Positions 49,061 through 62,199 of a stretch of 64,000 bases of DNA are shown here, in pieces. Numbering within the stretch: the stretch's first letter is position 1; every line of letters begins with the position of its first letter. A program made the position numbers and the translations under genes. Under the pieces are notes generated by a model. That model worked only from the letters and a program-made list of their open reading frames with translations, was not told the origin of the DNA and did no database searches. The DNA is from Polypterus senegalus (taxonomy: Eukaryota). The stretch spans positions 74,596,088 to 74,660,087 of the forward strand of contig NC_053155.1 of assembly GCF_016835505.1 (NCBI RefSeq). The letters are read 5' to 3'.

Positions 49061-50378
49061 AGGGATTACTTTCCTAGAGCACCGGCGAATTGTGAAAAAA
49101 TGCAAATTCTGGATGTGATCAAAAAAATGCTATTTTTATAGTTTAAACCCTAAATATGCCCCCCAAAACACTTTCATTTCATTTCAAATTGAGCTTAATA
49201 TGTTACCCTAAAAAAAAAAAAGGAAAGGTAAACCCGTATACTGTACAGTACTATACTGCTATGTCTCCTGCAATGCTAGAATGTAAAATACTGATGTTAC
49301 CCCTATATGTACTGTAATTCATACAAGCACGTTTTCTTTGGTATTTGCTGTCGTTTTCTTTGGTATAAGTAGGGTAAATACGTAATAATTTAACTTAATA
49401 AAAATACAGTAAATGTATGGGCACTCACCAATAATGAATGATATTGATTGAGGTGATGATGATGATGATGAATTAGCTGTGCAGTACGATGAAGATATGT
49501 AATGAAGATATTGACTGCACAGCAAAGCAGAGGATTTACAGCACCTCGGGTTGCTACTGTGGCATAACTTTTTAGTTCCGGGAGCAAATCCAATAGTTCA
49601 ACCTTCTCCAGGACTGTCTTAAACTTTTTCTGGCGCTTAGGTTCATTGACAGAAACCTTAGAAGGTGCAAGGTGTTTGGGCAGCATCTTAGGGTTTTTAA
49701 GAAGAACAAACGAAAAATACTCAGCAAAACACTTGAGATAGCTACACGCGGTATACTGTTATGAATACTGTTATGGGAATGCTGGGCTGCATCTGCTGGA
49801 GATGTGTCACAAAGCAGCAGCCAATCAGCTGCAAGGAGAAATGAATAATGCTCTTGGAATGGCTACTTTCACCATCACAAGCCGCCTTTTCCTCTACGGT
49901 TGCTTTGTGTTCTCTCTACAATACAGTATTGCCACGAAAAAAGCCTTAAAAAATTGTGGAGGATATTTGCGGTTTCCACTAACAATTATTAGTTAGGTTC
50001 TAAGGTAGAATCCTCGAACAACTGAGGCCGTGAACTCTGAACTGCAACTTCACAGGGGTCTACTGTATACATTATTTCACTAGGTTATCTAAAAACCTGT
50101 CTGTCTCCTCTCTCCATCTTTGTAACCAGCATCAATTGATGGTAATTTTAAATCATCTTTAAATAATTTTTACTAGTTTCTGTGACATTATCAATCACAG
50201 GCTTTGGATGCTGCTCCCTGTAGTAGACAATGAAGCAGCCTAAGCTTTTATGCATGAAACACAGGATGGATTAAAACTATAGAAATTGCTCATACTGTAG
50301 ATTTTAATTTAAAATTCATTTAGTTCAGCAGTTTTTCAATAGTGACTCATACATAGTTGTTTTTCTTTTCTTTATTAG

Positions 50379-50463
50379 TTGAGATTGACATTATTCCACT
50401 TCTCGATGAATTTCCTAGAAAACCATTGGAAATAGTGAAAGAAAACTCTGTGGACCTTTTCAG
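50379..50463 (+). CDS. PARP4: PARP4 coding exon (VEIDIIPLLDEFPRKPLEIVKENSVDLF)
   Basis: The exon runs from an acceptor tttattag| to a donor CAG|gtattt. Its phase is consistent with the neighbouring exons. It is weakly similar to human ...NVEIPHLPQDFEV... Confidence 0.5.
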
Positions 50464-52516
50464 GTATTTTGGTGACAGCATTGCAATATAATCATTTGTA
50501 TTTGAAATTTGTTTAATGCTGAAACTTACTAATTTTGTTGTATTACAGTTCTAAGAAAGCACTTCCAGAATCAATTACATTGATATTATATTAGGCAAGA
50601 GCTTCCTGTTGTTTATAATCTATTTTATAACATGTTAATCCCTGCTTGTGATATTATGTTTTTTAAAATTTTAGTTAAACATGAATTCTTACAATATTTT
50701 ATTCAAAATCAGATAATTCTAGTGAGAGCTTTGACTAGGGAGAGGAATGGAACAATTGCTGTTAACCAACCAACTAATTCATTATCTTCTTTGCATTTGA
50801 CAATGTAAATTATTTATGAGATAGTTTGATAAGATTCACACTTTATTTTCTTACCTTCTTTTGTATTTAGTCTGTGCCAGACATTATACTTAAATAACAG
50901 AAACTGAACCACAGTTGCTTTAAGAAGCAGAAATATTGTAAAAATAAAGAGTTGGGATAACACCTTGGTAAAGGAGGAAAATAAAATGAAATTAAAGAAC
51001 ACAATGAAGGTGCAAATGACAGCATCTACCATAAAGTAAGAGTTCTCAAAAGAAGTAGTGCTTCTTAGTTTGAGCTCTGTCTTCTTCAGACATGTGTCCA
51101 AAATGAACACCCACCTCCAGTGGCCTTTGTAGTATTTTTAGTGATCTCCCAGAAGGGGCTGGGCTTCTTGGACTGATGGAATCAAGTGAGGTCACTCATC
51201 TTCCAGCTGATATTCCTCTGAACTGCAGAGAGAAAAAGAAATTGCATTAACAACTGTGACTTCGCTCAACTCAAGAAGGTATTGCTTACCAGACATGAGC
51301 CCTGAATATGTCCTTTAAGTGTATATGCCTGATAATATGTTAACATAAAATATTTTTCTTGATTTTACAAGATTGTTCATTTAGTGTTTCTCTTTTGGAA
51401 TTTTAACATAACTCCTTAGTCCAATTCACAGCTATGAGTGAAAGAGAAATAGACAGAGAAAGAGAGAGAGTGTACTTTCAGTGTGCTATTGGTCAAAGCT
51501 GTTTTGTTTCCAGTTTAGTCAAGAGCTTAGAAAAGGTAGACGTTTAGTTAACACGGTTATTCTTGATCCTGGCACATAGCATCAACTAAATATGAGAATT
51601 AATTTATTAATTATTTATATGTATATAGTGCATTTCTAAGCTACTCAAAGTACTTTACATAGACAGTGGGGATCCACTTCAACCACCACCAATGGCAAGG
51701 CAAGTATTGTAACTATTTACTAAATGCTTAGAGTTCTAGTTTATCTTGATTTAGGTGAAACAGTTTTCAAAACCAAGCCTTTAAATAGATGTCTGTTGCT
51801 GCGTGCACTTGCATTGTCATTGCTTCAGTTTCAAGACCTTTTCTTGCAGTGGAATGCACTTGTGTTTGTCTATGGTGTGGTGTGTGTTCTTTCTCAGCTT
51901 ACTTTGAGTGTGAGGCTCTTTACAATCTCCTCTTTAGATTGGTAAGGAAAAGGGGCAAGTCTTTCTGGCACAAGAAATTACATGCTGAGATTATACTGTA
52001 TATTAGAAATAGTTTGGGCAGTTAAATAGACTTTTATTTTGCTAGAGGGAAATTTTTTTGCAACAAGAAAGCACAAAATATTGGTCATTATCGCATAAGA
52101 CAACATATTACAACTTTTTTTATAATCAGCACACACACTCATATGATTTCTACAAATAAGAATAATGAACATTATCAAACTGACAACATTTTGGCTAATG
52201 TTGGATCTGCACCACAATTCAGCCACTCAATTTTATGTCTTGGTATAGAGGTCTGTCTTTCTGCGTCTCAGTCAAGTCTCTTCTTTAAGTCGGAAAGCTC
52301 TTTTTGCTGCTAAATGCCTAGCAAAATGGGACAGTGTCCTGTCTGTGCTATGGCTTTACCATGACAATATGAGATATTTTATTTATTTTTGTTCTCTTTT
52401 CTAATTGGACAGTAATGCTTAATACCAATTGTAAGCACATCATTGGAGTATCAAAGGATTCATTTACATGCACAATGTATGATACAATAATTTTATTATT
52501 GTGTTTTTTCTTGTAG

Positions 52517-52595
52517 AATTTACACAGAAAATGAACCCAATTTACCAAAGTTTTCCTCTGAATTTGAAGTTGCAAAATATGCTGTTCTGCTTAAG
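52517..52595 (+). CDS. PARP4: PARP4 coding exon (RIYTENEPNLPKFSSEFEVAKYAVLLK)
   Basis: The exon runs from an acceptor cttgtag| to a donor TAAG|gtatgt. EFEVAKYAVLLK matches human DFEVAKYNTLEKV. Its phase is consistent with the neighbouring exons. Confidence 0.65.
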
Positions 52596-54379
52596 GTATG
52601 TTCTTTTTTTTAAACGGGTCCTGTAGCCACTAGGGGGCACTCCAGCTACCCAAACACCAGACACAGACAGGCTCGAACACAAGGCACAGCAAACGAGGAT
52701 TTTATTTGTGTGAAACACTTATCTCAAGCATTTCCCACCACAGCCACAGTTACAAGGCACAGTGACAACAAAGCACTCTGTATCTCTATGTCTTCTCTTC
52801 CTCTACCTCCACCGCTCCTCACGCAAGCTTTGTCTCCTTCCTTCAAACTCTGACTGCTCAAGAAGTAGCAGGCTGCTTCTTATAAGTGATATCTGGAATT
52901 ACTTCCAGTGTCCAAAAATCTTGACCTAGGAGCACTTCCAGGTAAGGTGGGAGCCCCATGAAGTAGGGCTTGTTTGTCCCTGCAGCAGCCTCTGGCATCA
53001 TCCACAGAACCCAACAGGGGTGAGACAAAGAACTTCAGTTCCCATGATGCCCTGTGGGAATCTGGGGCACTGCTGTGAACCTGGTGGGGGCTGCCATCTA
53101 GCATTTTGTTGGAGACAATGCCCTATGCATGCTGTCTCCACCTGTCCTTCCGTGATGGGGGTGTTCTGGCCGAGCAAGGGTCCTGGCTGTCCCTTACAGT
53201 CTGTATTGTTGCCCACCATGCATTTGCTAGGAATATACATAATAATTATAGTCTGACATTTAATTGCCATATAAGGTACACTGTTTCTAGTTGTGTGTGT
53301 GTATGAGTGTTTCATGAATATGACTTTTGATAAATAAAATCTATTGTAGTTATATGCATATTCTACTTATGCTTTCCAAAGCACACCATGAATGCTGGAG
53401 GATATTTACTAATATAGTTTTTTTTTTCCTGAATTAACTAAATTGTACTTTTACTTGAGTAATTTTTTTAGAGTGTACTTTTTTGTTTTTACCTTTTCTT
53501 GACTAGTTTCAATTTCAGATAATTTTACTTAAGTGTATTTTTGTCTCAGTAAAATACTAAGTAGAATTTTTAGTATTCTTTGTACCTCACGTAATATTTA
53601 ATCTCACTTTTCATCTTTTCTTTAAAATTATTCTTCATTTTTTCCTAGCATCCAATCTTCTCACTTTTTATAACTTAATTTTACTCTCTCTGTCTTTGCC
53701 AAAATGTCCTGTGTTTGTTTATCTTTGTTCTCCTCTTGAAAATATGCCCAATAAAGACTCAATAGCCAAAGTGAAGTGTTTCTAACTAACATTTTAATTT
53801 CAGGAATAAAGTTAAGTTTTAATGATTTTTTAAAAATGTTTTTATGAAGGTCTGTCTGTTCTTCTATACATGCTTTCTTAATACTGTATATCTGCAACCA
53901 AATTGCTAATTTCATCAATAATTTTTGTCGTAAATTCAGTAATTCATTAATTTTTCACATACTTTGACATCTGATCTGATTCAAAATATGCCTGTCACTA
54001 AATATGACATGCTTTCATAGTATGTTGTCTTATCGGTCAGCTAGTAGCTTAGTCCATTGCACCAGTTCTTTGATGTTTTCAGAAATAGTTTCATTAATAT
54101 CATATTCTAAAAGGGCCAACAATATTGTAATTTCTTCTAATAAATCTTTAATTTTCTCTTTGAAATACATTTCATCAGCAGTAGTAAGCATTATTCTAAT
54201 TGATTTTTGTGCTATTTCATTTACCTCCATCTCCCACAATGACATACTGAATTAGGCATGAGAAATCTACAGTAGACGTCTCACCAATCAAAACATAATA
54301 TTTGCCAGAGCCCGTCCTCTCAAATTTGACAAGTAAAAGTGACAGTTTTATTTCAAACTATATTTCATGATTATGGGAG

Positions 54380-54660
54380 TTATTTTATGCAAAAAAGGCA
54401 ATGAAAATTAAAATCATAAAATTAAAATGCAATCTGTCTTTTTCAATTTCATTTTCAAAAGTCTACACACAAGAATGCTGCAAAAATTAAAAACAGAATG
54501 AAATAACACCATTTGCAATTTCATTTTCAAAGCCTACACGCAAGAATGCTGCAAAAATGAAAAATAAAATGGAAGAACAGCATTTGCAATTTCATTTTCG
54601 TCCGGAACAGCAATGATGCTGCAAAATAAAACTCAAACAAGCACTGGTGCCACCTGCTGC
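54380..54660. repeat. Minisatellite, about 62-bp unit x about 3.5
   Basis: The unit tttgcaatttcattttcaaagcctacacgcaagaatgctgcaaaaatgaaaaataaaatggaagaacagca repeats. It lies immediately 3' (in element sense) of the Helitron helicase remnant. Confidence 0.8.
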
Positions 54661-55001
54661 TCATTGAATTTTCATTTTCCACTTCCATTTAATGTGAGTC
54701 AATGGGCTGGGCTTTGCACTTCCCGCAATTCTTTTCTCTTCGGCTGTAGCCACTTCGATCGATAGAATACTTCTCACTTCGATAGTGTTTATTTCTGTAA
54801 CGCGAGCTTCACAGTGAAACCATTGCACAAAATCTGAAGACCACTCATAATCGTAGTTCTGAAGTTATCAATGTGCTATTTAATCACAATATTTAATATG
54901 ACAAAAATGAGCATTTATTACATCATAATTTATATTTATTAATACTGATGTGGAAACGGGACACTTTGTATCTTTATTTTTTTGTAGTTTTATATAATAA
55001 A

Positions 55002-58000
55002 CTAGCCAACCCGTGGCATAGCAAACACCGCATAATTATTTATTGATGACTGAACACTTCTTGAAAGACAGTTGTCCAAATGGGGTGGGTTTGAGGATGT
55101 AACTGTGAGTGAATGAAAAGATGGAACTCTGGAGAGAGCAACATACAATTGTCTGTGACTGAAAACTGGTTTTGGCAGATACAGGCATATCTTTTTGAAA
55201 GTTTGTCCCTGTGCCTTATTAATTGTCATTGCAAATGCCAATCTAACAGGAAATTATCTGCGTGTAAAAGGCAAATTTGAATCTGATGGGGTCAGGGATA
55301 TCTGGGGAATAAGGACAGTTTGTGAGGTAGCAGCTATGATAGCCTTACACTCCAGTACATTGCGGTGAATGCTGGTAACAGAAAGTCTAGTGTCATTACA
55401 GAGACCTTTTGCTGGCAGGAGGTTTCTGAGAAGCATGATGACTGAACCAATTTTAATTTTGAGTTTATTCAGAGGCATGCCAGTGGGAGTAAGACTATTA
55501 AGAAATTCTTCGGGGAATAAAAGTTGATCTGCAGGATTGTCTGTGATGATGGAGTCAACGCTGGTGAATGTCACTTCGTCGGTAAGGATAAGTTTCAGCA
55601 CTTGTTCATTAAGGTGTAGCGAGTCTTCATTGGTGATGCTTAATATAGCTCGCGTGCTGAGTTGTTCCAGAGTGACAGTTGAGAAGTCGATGTCGCCATA
55701 TAGTTGTTGAACGGGATCAGAAATAAAAGGAAAACAATCTGAAGGCAATGTCACAGGTATTCTGTTTTTCCTGTCTCCAACATTGAGGAGCCATTTTGCG
55801 AAATGTTTTTCTTCAGGAAGAGCTCTCATATTTGTCGTAACTCTACAGCTTCGGGATCTGTCTTGTTGAGTTCAAACCATGCTAAGAGCATAGTGTTTTT
55901 GTTGGCTTGTCTTTGTGGCGCTTGTTCCTCGTGACCCTCATGAAAGAAGATGACTTGTTGTTCTGGCAAATGAACTGGTAATCATGTAATAACGTGAGAT
56001 TTTTCTGAAAGACTGTACTCGTTCAAACGCCACATAGCTCAGGAGCACTAACATACCTACCATCAAGGAAAGTCTGTATTTCGTCATGTTGGAAAACACC
56101 ATCGGCTGGCTCCATGTGAAGTGCAATGGATGCAGCGTTGTGTCCTTTGTAGACTTATATAGATACTTGATACATTGAATGGACACGCAAACTTCCACGT
56201 TAATATGACCATTGAATTTCTAAAAAAGCCAGGGATTGTAAGGAACTATCCAATGGTTGTCGATATCGTATTACCCAACAATGGCAGTTCTCCCCTGTCT
56301 TCGGCGGTATATGGGGTATCCTTGTGTGTTTTCTTGAGTCTCTGCATTGAAGTCCTTTGGGAAATTTTTGGTACACGTGCTGTCTTTCATGCAAGGTGAG
56401 TTTGCGTTGAGCATTCCACACGGACCATGTACCATGCATTTAGTGACAATTTGGAAAAGTCTGTCCGGATTTGGAAGCTCAGCGCAGACAAATTTGTCTA
56501 TATCATCCTTGGTCCTTATTTTGGATTGTGAGTCAAGTGTAAGTAACATATGGCAATGAGACAATCCTCGTTTTTGGAATTCAATGACGAAGATGTAAGC
56601 GAGAACATTGCCGAAAACATTCTTCTCTAGAATATCTGTTAGGAAATCTCGTAGTTTGATATGAAAGACGCGAGCAACGATGTCAGGTCTGTGTTCTGTT
56701 TGCCCATGATGGGAAATGGCGTTAGAGATTTCTGGCCAAGCAGGATTGCAGGTGAAGGTTAGGAATAAGTCAGGCTTGCCACACTTGCGGACAATTACCA
56801 TCGCATCTTTGTAGTTCTGTTGCATGTACCTTGGACTGCCTTGAAAGGCAGAGGGAACAATGATCAATTGTCCAGGGCGGAAGTTATGGTGTTGTGCTTT
56901 TGCAGCGATAGCATCCAGCAGTCCCCTGTATTGCTCTACCCGCAAATCTTGTTGATGGGACTGTAGGTAATTTAAACGCGCGCTTTCTGTTCTGACATAT
57001 GCGTCAACGACATATTGCTGGAAGAGTTTGCCACTGGAATGCAAGACGCTAAATGAAGATCTCATGGCAAGCCTGTAAGCATAAAATTGGAGCTGCGTGA
57101 CTCTTGTTCTTTTCTCGGTTCGCTTTTCTTCAACATGGGTCAATTGTATGTGCCAGCCTAGATCTCCGTAAGGGAATAGCAGTGGATAAACCATGGGGTC
57201 ACAGTTCATATTGAGTACAGAGATACTCTTGCAAGCATTTCCCCTTGGGTATATGCAAATGTCGCGTTGTGCAGGAGGTTCCCCGTCTTCACCTACAAAG
57301 ATAGCTGCAACAACAGTTTGACAGGATGGGGCGTTATACCTTCTCATATCTTGAGTTGGATTTTCTATGAATACCATTCGTACAGCAGCAACAGGGTTAC
57401 TGTGAGTGATAATGTCACGCATTTGCATGTAAGACTTAGCAAAGGGAATTACCTGTCGTATCATGTGGTCTAGTTGTAGCAACATTCCTTTTGCAAACAT
57501 TGAGTGGTAGCCTCAGCTGAATCGAAGATATATAGCTGACCGTATTGTGGTGACGTGTTAGGATTGGTATATAAAGGAGAGACCTGGTGATAAATTTGAC
57601 TGTGGAGTCTGAAAGCATACGGTCCGTGGCCAGATGGCTGAGCGATGTGTGCACCCATTGAAGCTAAAGCAGTGTTGTATTCCCCGATATGATCACAGTA
57701 ATTCCGTGACAGCGAGTTCTTGCTAGTCAAGAGGTTTTGTAATAAAAGAGGAGGTTGGGATAGCGGTGGCAAAGTGAGTGTGTATTTTGTGTGCACATAC
57801 CGACATTGTCAATAGATGGTACCAGAACGTCAGCAGGTGTGTTTGTGAGAGGCAAGAGAACTTCATAATGCCCATGATCCAAACAAGCGCTAAAGAGCAG
57901 GGCTATGGAGAGACGTTGGCTCTGATTGTACACTCGAGGAGAGGCATGAGGACATTCTCGGAAGTGAATGGTGATAGTAGCTGCAAGTATTTGGCACATT

Positions 58001-58070
58001 GCCACAATTTCTGCATCACCAGCATAAACCAGTTTTACACTTCCTCCTCATGTCCCATACCCTTGTAGTT
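55002..58070 (-). mobile_element. Helitron Rep/Hel remnant (Helitron_like_N plus Rep HUH domain plus PIF1-helicase C-terminus), frameshifted and internally deleted
   Basis: ORFs at 57727-58005 and 57470-57796 carry the N-terminal Helitron domain (...GPYAFRLHSQIYHQV...QYGQLYIFD). The ORF at 56271-57500 reads ...FLTFTCNPAWPEI...EFQKRGLSHCHMLL..., which is the two-His Rep motif. ORFs at 55254-55829 and 55002-55241 read ...[15 protein letters not shown]...LYVALSRV, which are PIF1 helicase motifs V and VI. Only about 440 bp separate Rep and the helicase C-terminus, so the Walker A/B region is deleted. Confidence 0.8.
56271..57500 (-). pseudogene. Helitron Rep domain ORF fragment (409 aa)
   Basis: See the parent element at 55002-58070. 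The motifs are HxH (SHCHMLL) and FTCNPAWPEI. Confidence 0.75.
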
Positions 58071-58666
58071 GATTGGCAACCCAATCTGACTCTTTATTGT
58101 TAGAACTTTTCAAAATAAGGTTCACGAAAGTCTCGGTACACTTACAAATCGGTTTACAACCAAAAAGTTCGCCAAACTTTTGCCTCGGTTCACGACTATA
58201 CAGGCCAATTAATTAGCAGGATTTTAATGAGTAGGTACTTTCTATTGCCTCCTTGTTAAATTCAGTTTAAACATTTTGCTTTGTGAGCTCAATATTATCA
58301 CAAAAGCTTTATTTAAGCAAATCATTGCTTATTTTTACAATACAAAAGTACGGAAAGGTATACCTGTTCTTCTGAGGGATTTGATATAAAGCATTGAATG
58401 CTTAGAAATGTTTCTTTCCAACTGAAGTTCTTCTTGGACCTTTTGATATACAATTTTCAAAGTTCATTTATTTTCTTTTTTTAATTATTGCACCTTAAAA
58501 CAATTGCATTACCCCTCATTTTAGTGAAGGTTTCCAAAATCTTAGATGTCCTCTTCCTTAGTAGTATTTAACTTGTTTTTCTTTTCTGAATATGCTAGTC
58601 AAGAATATCTGCACTCTCCGAATCTTAAACATGCAAAATACCTTAATTCTTACTATATTTATTTTC

Positions 58667-59030
58667 AGGGGTGGCACGGTGGCGCAGTGGTAGCGCTGCT
58701 GCCTCGCAGTTAGGAGACCTGGGTTTGCTTCCCAGGTCCTCCCTGCGTGGAGTTTGCATGTTCTCCTCGTGTCTGCGTGGGTTTCCTCTAGGCGCTCCGG
58801 TTTCCTCCCACAGTCCAAAGACATGCAGGTTAGGTGGATTGGCGATTCTAAATTGGCCATAGTGTGTGCTTGGTGTGTTTGTGTGTGTATCCTGCGGTGG
58901 GTTGGCACCCTGCCCGGGATTGGTTCCTGCCTTGTGCCCTTTGTTGGCTGGGATTGGCTCCAGCAGACCCCTGTGACCCTGTGTTCAGATTCAGCGGGTT
59001 GGAAAATGGATGGATGGATGGATGGATATT
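58667..59030 (+). mobile_element. DANA-like tRNA-derived SINE (copy 3) with a (GGAT)n tail
   Basis: The head is ggggtggcacggtggcgcagtggtagcgctgctgcctcgcagttaggagacctgggtttgcttccc. The tail is ...cagcgggttggaaaatggatggatggatggatgg. Confidence 0.85.
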
Positions 59031-59320
59031 TGTTTTCATCTTTTTGTTAACTTGAGTTATTAAATGTAATATCAAACTTATTTTTTCATATATATTAAGT
59101 TTTTTTTTACAAAGTGGCGAGTTCATCGGCAAGCTTCCATTTACCTTTTTTGCTATTAGTACAGTTGTTGTGTGGTTGACACATTGCATATACTCACATT
59201 TGTTGTTCCTAAATGTTGGTAAATTGTTGCACCATTTCTGGAGTGCTATAAGAAAGCTGTTTTATTTACATCCAACATTTTTCCTTAACTTCTGTTTTGT
59301 TTTATATCCTGGTGAGGTAG

Positions 59321-59431
59321 ACGACTGGAAGTGAAATATCGCTTGCTGTAATAGAAGTTCAGTGCGCAACAGAAACTCAATGGTGTCCTTTCCGTGTAAC
59401 TTGCTATAGTGGAGAACTTCAAAATGAACAG
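59321..59431 (+). CDS. PARP4: PARP4 coding exon (TTGSEISLAVIEVQCATETQWCPFRVTCYSGELQNEQ)
   Basis: The exon has 37 codons in phase 0, between an acceptor ...ggtag| and a donor CAG|gtaagt. It aligns to human GMEGGQEAVVVELQCSRDSRDCPFLISSHF. Confidence 0.6.
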
Positions 59432-59699
59432 GTAAGTTGCAAATACATGTTCATCCTTCAGTATTGTAATTAGTGTTAATTAAATAAAATGACTGCAGTC
59501 TGTCATTTTTATTTGTGCCTTGTTGTTTAATATACACTGATTTATTTACATACTGTTTTGGCTGATTTGAATTCATTTCGTGTTAAGTGTTGTATTACTG
59601 TCTGGGATCTTGGGCTCAATAGATTCTTTATTAGTTGATCTTCATTCACACCCCCTAACCTGAAAACACACACTCACATGCACAGTCTACTGCTCCTCT

Positions 59700-60400
59700 A
59701 GGTAGGGATTCACTAGCATATGTGGTGTGGCAGAAAAGTAATGAGACTGGCAACACTGCAAGCGATCTGGCAACGCTGCGCTGTTGTCCTTGATAGAGCA
59801 CGTGTATCAGTACCCTCCCATAGCTCAGTGCGAGTTTCAACTCCTTACGTTAACTACGTGATTTTTGTCACTGCTATTAGCGAAGTTGTGTTTTTGGTTG
59901 TGCGTCACGCAAAAGGGAACAGCGGAATTTGGAGCAACGTTGTGCCATTAAATTTTGTGTTAAGCTTGGAGAATTTTTATAAAGACGTCCTTGAAAGGCT
60001 CAGAAAAAGGGTCATTCGCGTGAGACCAGACATTGCAGACAAATGGATGCTCCATCATGACAACACCCCATGTCACACTGCCCTCTCCATAACAGAATTT
60101 TTTACCTCAAAAGGCATTCCTGTGGTCCCCCAGCCCCCTTATTCACCTGACCTCAGTCCGTGTGACTTTTTCCTTTTTCCTAAACTGAAAAATGTCCTCA
60201 AAGGACGTCATTTCGGGACTTTAGAAAACATCCAAAAGAGTGTAACGGACATACTGAAGACCATACCGGTTGAAGACTTCCAGCGCTGCTACCAACAGTG
60301 GGAACAACGTCTCCATCGGTGTGTAGCTGCCCAAGGGAACTACTTTGAAGGGGATAACATTGATGTTTGAAAAAAATAAAAACTTTGGTAAATAAAAAAT
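59700..60400 (+). mobile_element. mariner-family transposon fragment (transposase C-terminal half)
   Basis: The ORF at 59720-60370 reads ...HHDNTPCHTALSITEFF...PQPPYSPDLSPCDFFLFPKLKNVLKGRHF..., the DD34D mariner signature region. The 5' half and the TIRs are missing. Confidence 0.75.
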
Positions 60401-61394
60401 CAGTCTCATTACTTTTCTGCCACACCTCGTATGCTAGAGCAGTCCGAATGGGCACCCTCAAGACAATGGAGGCTAGTGTTTTCACATACTGTCACATGCC
60501 ATTGACATATTACACTTTTTCATGCTGCTTGTTGTTAGAGGTGTCTGTCCACAGCCTTCTAAGTAACAATCTACCCAAACCAGGTGCCCTATATTAATTT
60601 TATTTCCCCAATTTCCCCAGATCAGATCAACCAAGTTATAGGAGTTTAATGCAAAGCAATATTTATTAGCAAATAAAATAAGTAATAGCAACAAAACATA
60701 AAAGCAGAGTCTTGATATAAAGCTGTAATAAAAATACACTGTCAAAAACATTCATACCCATTCAATATAAAATTACACTGTCATAAAAAATATGAAAGCT
60801 GAAGAGTTCTGCCCATAAAGGATGCTACTCTGCCTGCTAGAAGTCAAGTTGGTGGATTGACAGCAAGGCTTACATACTACATCATTCATCCTTTATGTCG
60901 GATGGCCTACATGGGGTTCTGGTCCCCATGATGTTAACCATAGAAAATTGGCTAAGCATTTTAATGATGGATAGCTTGGACTAGATACCTTATTTATGAA
61001 AATATGTGCAAAACACCTTATGTTTTCAAAGGTGTCTGTACTTTATTCTTTACTTTATTTGGACTCATCCAACCTTTGAGTTATAAATTGACCAATTTTT
61101 CTAACCTAGGATGACAATGTGATGTATGAGTCCAAACATATTTGATTAAGCAGGCTTAAAAACAGAGCGATACATATGTATGTATCTAACTGTAATCAAG
61201 GTCCCATTGCCATTGAGTGTAATACAAACTTGCTACTGAAGCTTATCTGAGACACTTGCAGCAAAAAGCTATTAATTTTAACATTATGCAAAATGTCTGC
61301 CGTCACAAAATGGTCACCTTTTTCCCTCCAGCACACAGATAGTGGCCTAAGAAACTAAATTTATCTGAATTGATCTTTTTTTTTTTTTTTTTAA

Positions 61395-62170
61395 ATTATG
61401 ATTATTGGTTTTAATGATGCTTGAGAGACTGCACAAGGAGTCTGAGTGTCTCGGCTTGCAGGTGCCCTGGATAAAAGCCAAGATCCAGGCCTTAAATGAC
61501 CTCTTGGGCATAGCCATCCGGAGAGCGTGTCAACTGTGTAAAGATGTTTACTTACCTCTGCAGCAACATTCATGTCTCTGGTGACACTTCCTATTATGTC
61601 AGTAGACTGATTGGGAGAGCATAGGGGGGGCGTAGGTTGCTGTAAAGGGGTCTCTGGCACTCCCAATATCTTTATAAAAGGACAAAGGTCCAAGTTTTTA
61701 GGGTCCTTGTGTTTCCTGTTTTGCTATATGATTGTTAGACATGGACGCTATCCAGTGACCTGAGATGAAGACTGGACTCCTTCAGTACTCTGACTCTTCA
61801 AAAGAATCCTTGGGTACTGCTGGTTTGACTTTGTGTTCAATGAGCGGTTGCTCACAGAGTCCCGAATGACGCACATTACCTGCATTGTGAGGGGGTGTCA
61901 ATTGCAGCACTATGGCCATGTGGTGCGATTCTCCAAGGGTGATCCAGCTTGCAGGATCCGCATTGCTGAGTACCCAATTGGATGGACCAGGCTAAGGGGA
62001 CGCCCACGTAACACCTAGCTGCAGCACATAGATGGTCATTTCTGGTGGGTGAGACTGGACCGTGTGTCTACCTGGGGCGTTGCCAGCCTGGATCCTGGGA
62101 TGTTTTGTTGTGTGTTGGGTGCAGCAATGCTCAGCACAAGTGCATGCTCGCCTACCTCACCTGACCTGTT
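61395..62170 (+). mobile_element. LINE family 'b' 3' fragment (CR1/L2/RTE-type ORF2 tail), frameshifted
   Basis: Plus-strand multi-frame translations give ...LERLHKESECLGLQVPWIKAKIQALNDLL..., FRVLVFPVLLYDC.TWTL... and ITCIVRGCQLQHYGHVVRFSKGDPACRIRIAEYPIGWTRLRGRPRNT. Confidence 0.7.
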
Positions 62171-62199
62171 TTAATAAATGATATAAATGTGTTATGAGA

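Noticed and set aside
49390-49686. This is a 98-aa minus-strand ORF with a His6 run and a weak CENP-B/pogo-type HTH resemblance (EPKRQKKFKTVLEKVELLDLL...).
   Set aside because: The poly-His comes from a (GAT)n microsatellite. The HTH resemblance is short and unverifiable without a search. It is not reported as a feature.
61391-61693. This is a 100-aa minus-strand ORF.
   Set aside because: It is antisense to the LINE 'b' fragment, whose sense-strand translation gives the ...LGLQVPWIKAKIQALNDLL... motif.
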